Source: Antedon mediterranea
Lineage: Eukaryota > Animalia > Echinodermata
Assembly: GCF_964355755.1 (NCBI RefSeq)
Contig: NC_092677.1
Span: forward strand, 5,788,101-5,852,100
Reading direction: 5' to 3'
DNA: 64,000 nucleotides
The notes beneath the pieces are model-generated. The model was not told the DNA's origin and did not search any database. It was given only the letters and a program-made list of their open reading frames with translations. Position numbers and translations under genes: made by a program. Positions 50,942 to 61,285 of this stretch are shown piece by piece; position 1 is the first letter of the stretch; every line of letters starts with the position of its first letter.

Positions 50942-53809
50942 CTAGTGTCTGGGCTTCAAGATTGAAGCCGCCACCGTAGACTGGTTTGCGGAGGTATCCG
51001 ACAGGTAGTGGGATGTGAAAGTGGACTGTGATCGCCACCATGCCGCTTGCAGGATGTCTGGAAGGGGCACCCCAGCAAACAGCGCCCATGAAGCGGCTAT
51101 GCCACGCACTTGGTGCATATGTGCCGGAGGAGGCGTATTTGTGGAGTCGTAACCAGCCCGGATGGCTGCCACGACCCAGTTTGCCAGCGTCGACCGAGCA
51201 GCCGGTCGGAAGGGTGCAACTGTCGATACGAACAGATGTGACGCTGAGACCCGAATGGACTCTGTGCGTTTGATGTAAAACTTTAGTGCCCGCACCGGGC
51301 ACCAAAGTCTGTCTTCCTCAACCCCTGAACATGCAGCAATGGTGGGAATAAACACAGTCGGCGGCGAGAAGTTCAATGTCTGAGATTTTGCAAGGAAATA
51401 TTTTCTAAAAACCAACCGCGCGCCACCCCGTTCAAACCTGATGTGCCCTGGCTCCAGAGAAAGAGCATGCAGTTCACCTCTGCGCTTGCACGAGGCTAGT
51501 GCAATCAAAAAGGCAGTTTTGAGAGTCAGGTTGTAAAGTGATGCCCTACTCAGGGGCTCGAAGGGTGGACGCATAAGAGCGGCTAGGACGACATTGACGT
51601 CCCAACGTGGAATCAGGGCCTTAGTAGGAGGCCGTTCTCGAAACATCCCGCGAAGCAAACTGGAAATTGCAGGGGATGAAGAGATGGTCGAGCCGTCCTT
51701 AAAATTCGGAATTACTGCACCCAAGGCAGACCGATAGCCGGATACGGTGCGAACCTGCAGACCTGACTCAAACAGGTAATGTAGGAAAGCGCAGACCTGG
51801 CCCAAAGTCACTTTCATAGGGTCGGTCTTCTGGCGCTTGCACCATTTGAAAAAGTGTTTTAATCGGCTATTGTAGACAGCAAGAGTGGATTCCCGTCGGG
51901 ATTTCGCCGCGAGGGCGGCCGGGCCATCTGGAATGCCTGAGTCTCTGAAGCGATTCCTGACAATGGCCATACAGTCAGGTCGAGGGATATGAGGTTCGGT
52001 AGAGCAAACCGAGCTCGGCCCTGCGTCAGCAAGTCGTTCCGAATCGGAAGACGTAACGGCTGATCGTACAGAAGGCCTAGTAGCAGTGGAAACCACGGCT
52101 GCCTGGGCCAATACGGCGCTATTAGTAGGACTCGGCATTGATGGCGCTGAATGTGCGTCAGGACCAGTGGCAGTATTGAAAACGGTGGAAAGGCATATGC
52201 CCAAAGGTTGTCCCATGGTATGGACAGGGCATCCACCGCCCACGCATGTGCATCCCGATATCGACTGCAGAACGTCGGGAGCTGCGTGTTGCCTGACGTC
52301 GCAAACAGATCTACATGGGGCCGCCCAAAGTGGTTGAAGATCTGGGTGGCGATTATTGGAAGAAGACGCCATTCCGTAGGACGTAGAAGTGGACGGGACA
52401 GTGCGACCGCCACTATGTTCAGACGACCCGCAATGTGGGCCGCTGACAGTTGGATGTTGTGTCTTATACACCACATTAGCAACGTCCACGTGTGGCAACA
52501 TAGCGTGGGGGACCGTGTACCCCCTTGCCTGTTTATGTATGCCACGACGGTTGTGTTGTCGGAATTGACGAGAACATGGCGATTTGCCAGATGGGGAAGA
52601 AGAGCCTCCAATGAGCGCTCGACTGCCCAAAGTTCGAGCAGGTTGATGTGGGCGCGCGTCTCCTCGGGCGACCAGAGGCCGGAGACGCGAATGTCCGGAG
52701 ACGGAATGTGACCGCCCCAGCCTACTTTGGATGCGTCCGTTTCCACACGGACATCCGGGATTGACCTTTGTATAGGTGTGCCCACAAGTAACCTGTCTTC
52801 CACGAGCCACCATTCGAGATGCGAGATAATGAACGCATTCGTTGGAACCACTTTGTGTAGAGAGTCTGATCTTGGGCGGTATGCTGCCAGAAGGTGCAGA
52901 TGTAGAGGCCGCATCCTTAACCGGCAGAACGGAACGAGGGCGACGAAGCTGGCCAGTGACCCCAAGGTGCGTAGCCAGTCGTATGCCGTCGGAGCCTGAG
53001 CATTGATAAGATGTAGCACTGCAGTTCTTGCCTTGGCCACACGCTCGATGGATGGGCACGCACGGCCCGTAACCAAATTTATTTGGGCTCCGAGATACAG
53101 AGGGTTCTGAGAAGGGAGAAGACATGACTTCTCCTCGTTTATTATGAACCCTGCTTGTTCCGTCACGAGGCGGACAAAAGATAAGCTGCTCAGCAGCTGG
53201 TCCCTGGACTGGGCCACGATCAACCAATCGTCTAAGTACATGAACACTCTGATGCCGTGTTGATGAAAGAACGCCGCCAGGGTTCTCACTAGACGAGTAA
53301 ACACTCGTGGGGCCGTTGAGAGGCCGAACGGCAGAGCTACGAATTGGTATACCTGATCGTGAATGCGGAAGCGCAGCCAACTCTGGTGTTCTTGCGCAAT
53401 AGGCACGTGAAAGTACGCGTCTTTCAAGTCTATTGTCGCTGCCCAGTCCCCTCGTCTTAGCCCCAACAGGATAGATGAGACAGTCTCCATCCTGAACCTG
53501 CGGGGCCGAATGTACCGCTTGTTCAGACTTTTGAGGTTTAGGATGGGTCGCCAATCGCCCGATTTTTTCTGGGCGAGGAAAACGGTGGATTCGTGTCCCG
53601 GGATCGTAAGTTGTTCTTTTTGAACATGCACCACAGCTCCTTTCTGGAGCAGTGCTTCGAGGCCCGTCATGAGCGCATGACTCTTTTCCGGCTCTGACGG
53701 AATCCTCGTGTGCCGGGCACCTCCGCTCACCGGAGGGCTCGAGAATTCGATACAATACCCGTGTGTCACGGTGGAGAGAACCCATCTGTCTGTGGTCAGG
53801 GTCTCCCAA
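50942..53809 (-). CDS. DIRS tyrosine recombinase ORF (YR in the C-terminal ~340 aa; the N-terminal part overlaps pol in another frame)
   Basis: SRRESTLAVYNSRLKHFFKWC (core-binding region), LKTAFLIALASCKRRGELHAL (catalytic R), CPVRAL, HQVRG (HxxR), AAWWRSQSTFTSHY (catalytic Y). Confidence 0.9.
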   Translation of the reverse strand: MGDPDHRQMGSLHRDTRVLYRILEPSGERRCPAHEDSVRAGKESCAHDGPRSTAPERSCGACSKRTTYDPGTRIHRFPRPEKIGRLATHPKPQKSEQAVHSAPQVQDGDCLIYPVGAKTRGLGSDNRLERRVLSRAYCARTPELAALPHSRSGIPIRSSAVRPLNGPTSVYSSSENPGGVLSSTRHQSVHVLRRLVDRGPVQGPAAEQLIFCPPRDGTSRVHNKRGEVMSSPFSEPSVSRSPNKFGYGPCVPIHRACGQGKNCSATSYQCSGSDGIRLATHLGVTGQLRRPRSVLPVKDAASTSAPSGSIPPKIRLSTQSGSNECVHYLASRMVARGRQVTCGHTYTKVNPGCPCGNGRIQSRLGRSHSVSGHSRLRPLVARGDARPHQPARTLGSRALIGGSSSPSGKSPCSRQFRQHNRRGIHKQARGYTVPHAMLPHVDVANVVYKTQHPTVSGPHCGSSEHSGGRTVPSTSTSYGMASSSNNRHPDLQPLWAAPCRSVCDVRQHAAPDVLQSISGCTCVGGGCPVHTMGQPLGICLSTVFNTATGPDAHSAPSMPSPTNSAVLAQAAVVSTATRPSVRSAVTSSDSERLADAGPSSVCSTEPHIPRPDCMAIVRNRFRDSGIPDGPAALAAKSRRESTLAVYNSRLKHFFKWCKRQKTDPMKVTLGQVCAFLHYLFESGLQVRTVSGYRSALGAVIPNFKDGSTISSSPAISSLLRGMFRERPPTKALIPRWDVNVVLAALMRPPFEPLSRASLYNLTLKTAFLIALASCKRRGELHALSLEPGHIRFERGGARLVFRKYFLAKSQTLNFSPPTVFIPTIAACSGVEEDRLWCPVRALKFYIKRTESIRVSASHLFVSTVAPFRPAARSTLANWVVAAIRAGYDSTNTPPPAHMHQVRGIAASWALFAGVPLPDILQAAWWRSQSTFTSHYLSDTSANQSTVAASILKPRH

Positions 53810-53877
53810 ACCCGTGAAAACCGTTTCAAGCGACCCCCCACCTGCCCGCCCTCGCTTGGAGGGACGGGCGCCCCCAA
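51859..53877 (-). CDS. DIRS pol: reverse transcriptase, RNase H and adenine-methyltransferase-like domain
   Basis: VGGRL, WRPILNLK, IDLKDAYFHVP, LPFGLSTAP, YLDD, TDAS..GWG, HINLLEL, SDN, then DLFAT...YAFPPF...PYWPRQPWF. Confidence 0.95.
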   Translation of the reverse strand: MGAPVPPSEGGQVGGRLKRFSRVWETLTTDRWVLSTVTHGYCIEFSSPPVSGGARHTRIPSEPEKSHALMTGLEALLQKGAVVHVQKEQLTIPGHESTVFLAQKKSGDWRPILNLKSLNKRYIRPRRFRMETVSSILLGLRRGDWAATIDLKDAYFHVPIAQEHQSWLRFRIHDQVYQFVALPFGLSTAPRVFTRLVRTLAAFFHQHGIRVFMYLDDWLIVAQSRDQLLSSLSFVRLVTEQAGFIINEEKSCLLPSQNPLYLGAQINLVTGRACPSIERVAKARTAVLHLINAQAPTAYDWLRTLGSLASFVALVPFCRLRMRPLHLHLLAAYRPRSDSLHKVVPTNAFIISHLEWWLVEDRLLVGTPIQRSIPDVRVETDASKVGWGGHIPSPDIRVSGLWSPEETRAHINLLELWAVERSLEALLPHLANRHVLVNSDNTTVVAYINRQGGTRSPTLCCHTWTLLMWCIRHNIQLSAAHIAGRLNIVAVALSRPLLRPTEWRLLPIIATQIFNHFGRPHVDLFATSGNTQLPTFCSRYRDAHAWAVDALSIPWDNLWAYAFPPFSILPLVLTHIQRHQCRVLLIAPYWPRQPWFPLLLGLLYDQPLRLPIRNDLLTQGRARFALPNLISLDLTVWPLSGIASETQAFQMARPPSRRNPDGNPLLLSTIAD

Positions 53878-53881
53878 GCCG

Positions 53882-55411
53882 TCACCGGCGCTTCACATTA
53901 TAATACCGGCGACCACTCCTGTTGGTGGCGCCTCTGCCACCCCTATTTCGCATTCCGCGAGGGGGGTGTGAAGCCTGTCTTGATGTAGAAGCCTGACTTT
54001 GCATAGGCTGAGCCGGTGGCGGCGGGGGAGGCTGCATCTGCTGAGGAGCAGCAGGGACAGGCGGCGGTCGTGCGGCTGTCCTTGAGCGTGAATTGCTAGC
54101 TCGGCGCTTTTGCGGGAAGCGCGCTCTTGTCTCCCGACGAGCTTCCCTCTCACGAGCCCATTTATCCTCCTTTTGTGAGAAGGAGCCAAAGAACAAGTCC
54201 TGCGCCCCGAAGGAGTCAGACGTAGTAAACCTACGGAAATCGGTCGGTGCGATGTCAGTTGCACCCAAGACGTTAACGCGACGGGCCGCGGCCGCAGATA
54301 ATGCGATCGTTGCCTGTTGATCAACAACCAGGCCCATGATCTGCTGTAGTAGAGCTATCACGTCCGAATCGCCCTGGGGCGGATGTTCTGGATCAGCCAG
54401 AAAAGATAGCAAGTACCCGGCCATAGAGGCGGCTCTAAGCGTCTCGCGTGCGGCCCTGTCGACGGACATAAGGACGTCCTCTGTCCGGGATTCCGAAGGC
54501 TTCAAAAAATTAGTCCTGGACGGGTCCAGGTTCTGGTCCTCACGGACCCGTTCCTTCGCTGCCTCCGGGACGCTCGGCGCCGCGATGTACAGTTCGAATT
54601 GTTTCTGCGGCACCGGAAAAGCCGATGACAGGCTATAAGGCATAGGCCTACGAACCTTGGACTCCTTAGCGATCAGCTCCACACGTTCCACAAGTTCTGG
54701 ATCGAGAGGCGTAACCGGGCACGAAGATACCTTCTTAAAGGGCGTGCGTACGCCAAAAGTGGAATACCGCTTAGACGAAGGAGTATGCTTAGGCTCTCGA
54801 TACGTGAAATCGACGCCGAGAAAGGACAGCACCGCGGGGACCGTCCGCATAACTAGCGCCTGCAGACCTTCCTCCCCTGGCCCGGCCTGCTCTCGTAAGC
54901 TATCTCTATCATCGTCAGAGAGCGAGGCCATCGTCCTGTCACTATCGTAGACCCTTTGCCGGACGGACGAACCATCGAAAAACGAGGTCTGCTGTGGGCC
55001 AACATCAATGTATGGAATCTGGGGAGGAGGTCTACTCTGAGAGGGTACCTCAGGCTCATCCCTCGGCAGAGCTCTCACAGCTGCAACAATGGCTTGCAGT
55101 AACCCCGGAGAAATCTCATTCACCCCCGGAACCGCAGAGGCCGCAGCCGGTGCAGGCATATCTGGAAGGCTAACTTCCGGCGCGACGACAGGAGGGCCTG
55201 CCGTATCAACGGTACCCACCTCCGGAGGTGGTACCGCTTCCGTGCGCTCTTTAGGCTTAGGGAGCGATTTGAACTTGGACGGTGTCCAGCGGACACAAAC
55301 ATCGCACGGCGACAACTCGGTACACGTGCGGCAATTTATACACTCCAAGTGGCGGTCCCACTTCACGGTAGAGCGGGGACCCCTACATTTAATACAGTCC
55401 TGCTTAGGCAT
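53882..55411 (-). CDS. DIRS gag-like ORF1
   Basis: 509 aa, first ORF of the element. N-terminal Cys/His cluster (CxxC...HxxCxxC..C.....CxxC), RRVNVL and LFFG motifs, basic Pro/Arg-rich C-terminus. Confidence 0.85.
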   Translation of the reverse strand: MPKQDCIKCRGPRSTVKWDRHLECINCRTCTELSPCDVCVRWTPSKFKSLPKPKERTEAVPPPEVGTVDTAGPPVVAPEVSLPDMPAPAAASAVPGVNEISPGLLQAIVAAVRALPRDEPEVPSQSRPPPQIPYIDVGPQQTSFFDGSSVRQRVYDSDRTMASLSDDDRDSLREQAGPGEEGLQALVMRTVPAVLSFLGVDFTYREPKHTPSSKRYSTFGVRTPFKKVSSCPVTPLDPELVERVELIAKESKVRRPMPYSLSSAFPVPQKQFELYIAAPSVPEAAKERVREDQNLDPSRTNFLKPSESRTEDVLMSVDRAARETLRAASMAGYLLSFLADPEHPPQGDSDVIALLQQIMGLVVDQQATIALSAAAARRVNVLGATDIAPTDFRRFTTSDSFGAQDLFFGSFSQKEDKWAREREARRETRARFPQKRRASNSRSRTAARPPPVPAAPQQMQPPPPPPAQPMQSQASTSRQASHPPRGMRNRGGRGATNRSGRRYYNVKRR

Positions 55412-58400
55412 GGTGATCTAACAGACCTACTTTTCCCCACTAGCCTAACGAACAACAAAAGATCTTCCAGTATTTCTATCCAGGTGAAACACACTGGATA
55501 ACGGCTTACAACGCTAAATTTTAACTCCTGGCAACTAGCCAAGGGTAACGATTCTAAACGTATCCACCACAAGATAACGATCTACTACACTTAGCTTCGT
55601 TTTCTTGCTCTATTCTTCTCTTCCTGTCTACAGTATAAAGGTCTTTATCGCAAATTCCTCAGGAATTCCAGGAATGTGTTCAGAAAAAGACGTACGTACA
55701 CAACGACGTTACGAAAAGAAATGATGACGATGATAAGTGGGTGTGTCTCACTTGAGGGCGTACTGGTGGCGGACTGATCCATTATCCGACGGGGGTGGGG
55801 AAAAATTAATGTTATAATGTTCTTCTTTTCGTAATGTTTACCTCTCGTCGGAGAGAGAGGCTTATGTTGGTTTATCCAGGTAAGCTAGGCACGATATAGA
55901 CAATCTCAGTTAACGTTTGCATGTCCGTTGAGAGAGAAGATGCGGTAAATTGGTTTGAAGATAGAGGAATAAATCCAAGCAAACTGATCGTTAATTCTGC
56001 CAATCGTCAATCGGGAATTTTCTCAATGAATGGAACTTCAGGCAATTTGGTCATAAAACAAGTAAACAGAATGGACGCTGGTCTCTACACATGTCAGGTT
56101 GTTGAAAACGGAGGCGAAAGGGATTGTACTGAAACGTATAATTTAAATGTATATTGTGAGTTGTTACTTTGTATAATGTAATATTGATGATACCTAATTG
56201 TAATCCTAATTGATATCCAATTGTAGTATGTATAATATAGCTATTTTTTATTTGTGTTTTAGAGTGACTTACTAAACCAAAATCTTTAGCAAAAGTAAAC
56301 ACATTTTGTAAACCTAAATTTATTTACATATTTAAAAACAAGGCCATATTCATGGATGCAGTCGCGTGCTCAAGTTAGTGTTTACCGACCAACCGACCAA
56401 CCGAGCAACCGACATAGTGAGCTATAGAGTCGCGTTGCACGCAAGAAAACAAATAAAGTCGTATGTCCTTCTTTTAAAAAAAACATACCAAGACGATACT
56501 TAAAGCTTACATTTTTTTTATAGATAATTTTCATATAAGCCCATTTACACTAGGGTGATAACGATCGACGATAAAAATAGATAAATATGCATTTTTAATA
56601 TATAAATCAAAAGAAATTTTTAAAAGTTGTTATCCTAGAACTATAGGATAACCACATGCTGCCTTTGATGATAATGATATTTTCACACGTTCAATCAAAT
56701 GGCGTCATGATTAGTTAGAGCAATAATATCGTGACAATACAACGATTTTATTGTTTTTATTGATCATGACATCATTTGATTGGATTTAAAAAAATAGTAT
56801 CTTTATCGAAGACAGAATAAATTATTACCCTATAGTTCTATTACTTCTATTTATTGTCATTTGCATATAAGATATACATAGAAATTGTGTTTGCTCTGAG
56901 ATATACCAAAAAAAACAGATAAATAAAAACCAAGTGTTATAAAAAGTGTTACATCACTCTCGTAGCATGCGTTCAGTGCCCGAATGGCAGCTGGATAAAA
57001 GCTACTTTACGAAACATATTAGTATTTCTAAAATTAACAATTATATTTTGGGCAAATTTAGCAATTGTGAAACTGAAAATTAGTATTTAAAAAACCTAAT
57101 TATTATTACTAATCGTCTATTGCATAGAGTAAGATATGCAAAGTAATTATACCGAAACAATTGTTGCTTCAAAGAGCTATTCATTTGAAAATGTTTCATA
57201 CCAATGTTTCATTTGTTAATTCTTAAATATGTTTTTAGGTTGATGCTGTGTTTGCATATTAATTACTGAGTACCGTATTTCTTGCATAACAACATTACAA
57301 CATTGTGTATTTTCCATATTAAATTATTAATAATTATTACTAAATAACAAATTAAGCTAAGTAATAACAATGTGTATGCCAAGATGTTTTTAAAAACAGT
57401 AATGATTACAATATAAATTATGGATATTTTATTACAGATATGGAGTCTCCAAATATCAAAGAATATACTACGAATATTGGAAACAATGTTGTTGGTTATA
57501 CACTGTGTTGTCAATGGTCAAAGATGTTTCCTAAAATGGAACCAAATGTCACGTGGTTTCAAAATGGCAATACATTAGAAGCTAGTACGACGTACGTTTT
57601 AGAAACACAAGGAAATGTGCATACAATGTGTATTAGTTACATATCAGAGGTTGGAGACTATTCTTGTCGCATTGATGTTGAAACAAGTATGGGTAATATG
57701 AGCAAGACAAGCAATTGCAAAGAACTGCAGTCACCTTGTAAGTAACAGAAAATTATTTTATATCATGTACCTTCCAAGGTTATATTATAAATTACATTTA
57801 TACTTAATGACATCAACAATAAAAAACTTTATGAAAAATATCGTACTTTAGAATGATCAAAATGAGGTGTTATAAACATACAGACAATACGTGTACTGTA
57901 ATAAATGTTATAATCATAAACCATTGAAGCATCATTCACATTCTTCTTAAATGTGTTTTCAAAGATGTTGATTCACCAATTGTCATCGTATCTATCGATA
58001 ACACAAAACGCTACTATGCATTTTACTGTGTATGGGGTTTATTGTATCCAGAATTTGAACCAGACATAACCTGGATTTTTAATGGAAATATACTGAACAC
58101 ATCAATAACTAAATACAGTGTAACAGACGAAGGGAAACGTTGGAATAAACTTATTATTCTTGATACAATAAGTAAGGACGACTTAGGAAACTATTCTTGT
58201 TGTATTACTGTACAAATGGATGACGGCACTAATATAACAAAGAAAAGCAATGTAGAAGAACTTTGGCAAGCATCTATTAGTGGTAAGTTAGAAATATATA
58301 GAATTTTATTTACACGCTGTTAAGCCTGTTTCGAATTGACAGGATTCAGCGATTTTATTGGAGAAGGGGGTAAACATGCTGTCAATTCAATGCAACTCAG

Positions 58401-60515
58401 CGTAACTCAACGATCGACAGGAAAACAGGCTTAACGCTAAATGTATAGATTACATATAAGGATACAATAATATCACAACAAAAACTTACATATTTTGCAT
58501 AAATGGAAAATACAGACATTGATTGATAAATATACAACTTACAGTAAATTTTTGGGTTTGGATTGTTACCATTGCGACAGATATTACATAATACTACTGT
58601 ACTAGGTGTAGTTCAAAACATTTCTAACGTGACAAAATTACGCCTGCAATTCTTGAACATTTCTATACTATTCAAGGTAGGCCAAAGAGACGAATGTCCG
58701 CTGATTTTAACAGCAGCTTAAATTCTCCGTGATATAACATTTATTTAATAAGGGTTAGCAAAATAGTAATAATCTAATAAAAATAATATTTATAATTCAA
58801 AAAGAAGTATTATTATTATTAATTTGAATAATTATTGTTTCATTTAAGTTACACGGTTATCAGTAGTTGAAGAGGAGCGAATAGCAATACCAGCTGGAGT
58901 TGGTGTGCCCATAAACGAAATTGTGACGATAAAGTGGTACAAGTATAAATCGCCAAACACAAGCTATATAATTGTTAGTTTAACAAATCGAACCAATGGC
59001 CGCTTCTCAATTGATGGAACTGGTGAAAACTACGGTGATTTGATCATACAACATGCTGATAGAGAAGATGCGGGTTATTACACAATTCAGATTTTTGAAA
59101 AAGAGGATTCTAGACAGCAGACCATTACGTATTATTTGGATGTACATTGTTAGTTTTTTTTTCTTTAATAAATATTATAATCATAGTATACAGTAGCGTA
59201 TAACCAAATTTAGGCACTAATTATATTTCCAACTTATATTTAAATATTATGATAGGTTATAATATATGTAGTCTTTAACCTCCACTCATTTTAAACTAGT
59301 ATCACATTATTTTTGCTAAATTGTAGACTTGACCATGAATGCCTTTTATCATTTTGTATTATATTATTTCAGTCGGGAAAATGTATTATTATGTTCTTAA
59401 TGCTATGTTCTTATTCACCTGGTGTGGCTTACTGCAGAACTGGATTCTCAAATTCACGAAGTGTTGTTACATACAGTCTTTCATAATTGAAGACAAAATA
59501 GATAATTTCCTACAATTAAACTTTGAAAAATATTGATCAGCGGTGGTATAATTGTATACACAAATTATTTGACTAAATTTGAATAAATACAATCACGGAA
59601 GTTATAGAAATGTTATGCTAATTTATAGTCTGCTCACTATTTTTTATAACTTTATTTCTTCCAAAGATCTACCTCAACCAACTCTCACATCATTCACTGA
59701 AAAGGCTGGCCACAGAAACACGTTGTACTGCAGGTGGTGTCAAATTTACCCCGAGATGGAACCGTACGTAGCATGGTTACATAATGGACATATATTAAAC
59801 ACCTCAACGACTAAGTACAGTGTGATAAAGAACGAACAGAAGAACAGACAAACACTCATTATTCTGGAAATGACTGAACAAGATGTTGGAGAATATGCTT
59901 GTCGTATTACTAAAAACAAAATTAGAAATGCCTAATATGAGCAAGACAAGCAATATTGAAATCCTAGGTACGAACTGCACAATACATTGTTTATTTTATC
60001 GTCGTCAATTGTTTCACTACAAAATATTTCTAAATTTAGGTATCAATTATAGTTGATTGAAACATATTTAATTCGGGATTAAGTTAGTTTTTTTTAAATA
60101 TAAATTATAAAAATATTGTTATAACAAACATGCTTTCTTTTTAAGGTGCTTTGGATTCAACAGTAGCAGCATGCTTATCAAGTACAATTCTAATTGTCGC
60201 TGTTGTAATCACATTTATCTTTGGATCTGTCCCCACTTGCGTAATAGCAATTTGTCTTCATGTAAGTATTTTTTTAATTACACGGGGCTAAAAGACACAA
60301 GCGAAATAGGTTGTATAGTATTAAAAGAAAAATAAACTCTTATTGTACAAAGAGAATGATTTTCGGACCGAATAATTGGTTTGTTTTGGATTTTGTTTTT
60401 ATCTATGCTGGAAGGTTTCGTCAACATTATCATTAGTACCATTATAAATAACCAATTACATAGAAATTTAAATTATCATTTATAATCTGAGAGTAAATTA
60501 GTAGGTCTAAATAAA

Positions 60516-61285
60516 AACAAGGCCAACAGCCATTAAGTCGCGTGCTACAATGCATAGTGATACCGGACCGACAGACAAACAGACCGACAGACAGACAGAC
60601 CGACAGACAGACGGACCGACCGACATAGTGAACTATACTGACCGAAATTACTGAACATGTTTAAAAATGTTGAAATGTTTAAAAACATTTATATTTTTTT
60701 AATTTACACGTGCGTAGCCTGTCACTTTTGACGTGCTCGTATAACGTAATTTCGAGTTGAAAAGTAAGTCAAGAAAACAGAAATTGGGCAAAAAGAGTGC
60801 GCAATAACATTTAACGCGCAGTGCAAAAAATCTGCGCACTCATGGCAATTTTGTAAACGCTTAAAATTGCCTGAAACGTACTCTTATTTCATCGAAAATA
60901 AATTTGGAAAATTTTAAGCGCGCGTACGCATGCGTTACATGCGCTACGCACGTAATTGTATTGCCATATGATGATTTATGCCCTGAAATTTATGAGTACC
61001 AAATTTTATTTAATTGTGATTCATGGTTGTTAAGATATGATTACAAACGTGATTTCGTTAAATCGTGCGTAGACCGCGTAATTTTTTATTGCGCACCGTG
61101 AAAACATAACCACATCGATTCCTGCCCATAAGGAATATTCTGTGAAAAATTGACTTAGCTAGATTAAACTGATATCAAGATAAGGTCATAAAGCGATAAA
61201 ACGCATAGTGATACCGGACCGACAGACAGACAGACAGACCAACCGATCGACATAGTGAACTATAGAGTCGCTTCCACGCGACTAA
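60516..61285 (+). mobile_element. Long copy of the Helentron/DINE-like repeat in the gene 8 TM-tail intron
   Basis: Starts ACAAGGCCAACAGCCATTAAGTCGCGTG, has two (GACA/GACC)n blocks and a terminal hairpin GAGTCGC...GCGACT. It is absent from the paralogous intron at ~45810. Confidence 0.7.

Larger units (their letters stand above)
50535..55901 (-). mobile_element. Full-length DIRS1-type tyrosine-recombinase retrotransposon
   Basis: Inverted terminal repeats (~50576-50743 and ~55718-55886, near identical). An internal complementary region at ~50782-50878 matches both outer termini. It carries gag, RT/RH/MT and YR ORFs, is GC-rich relative to the host, and has only a 2-bp AC at both junctions. 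Confidence 0.95.

Noticed and set aside
51028-55421. Many plus-strand and nested ORFs inside the DIRS element
   Set aside because: They are antisense or alternative-frame shadows of GC-rich gag, pol and YR coding sequence, with no recognisable motifs.
10675-59148. Possible V(D)J-like rearranging segments
   Set aside because: Each V exon is complete through the G strand, is bounded by ordinary splice sites and has its own SP or upstream exon. I saw no heptamer-nonamer signals at the exon ends, though this was not exhaustively scanned.
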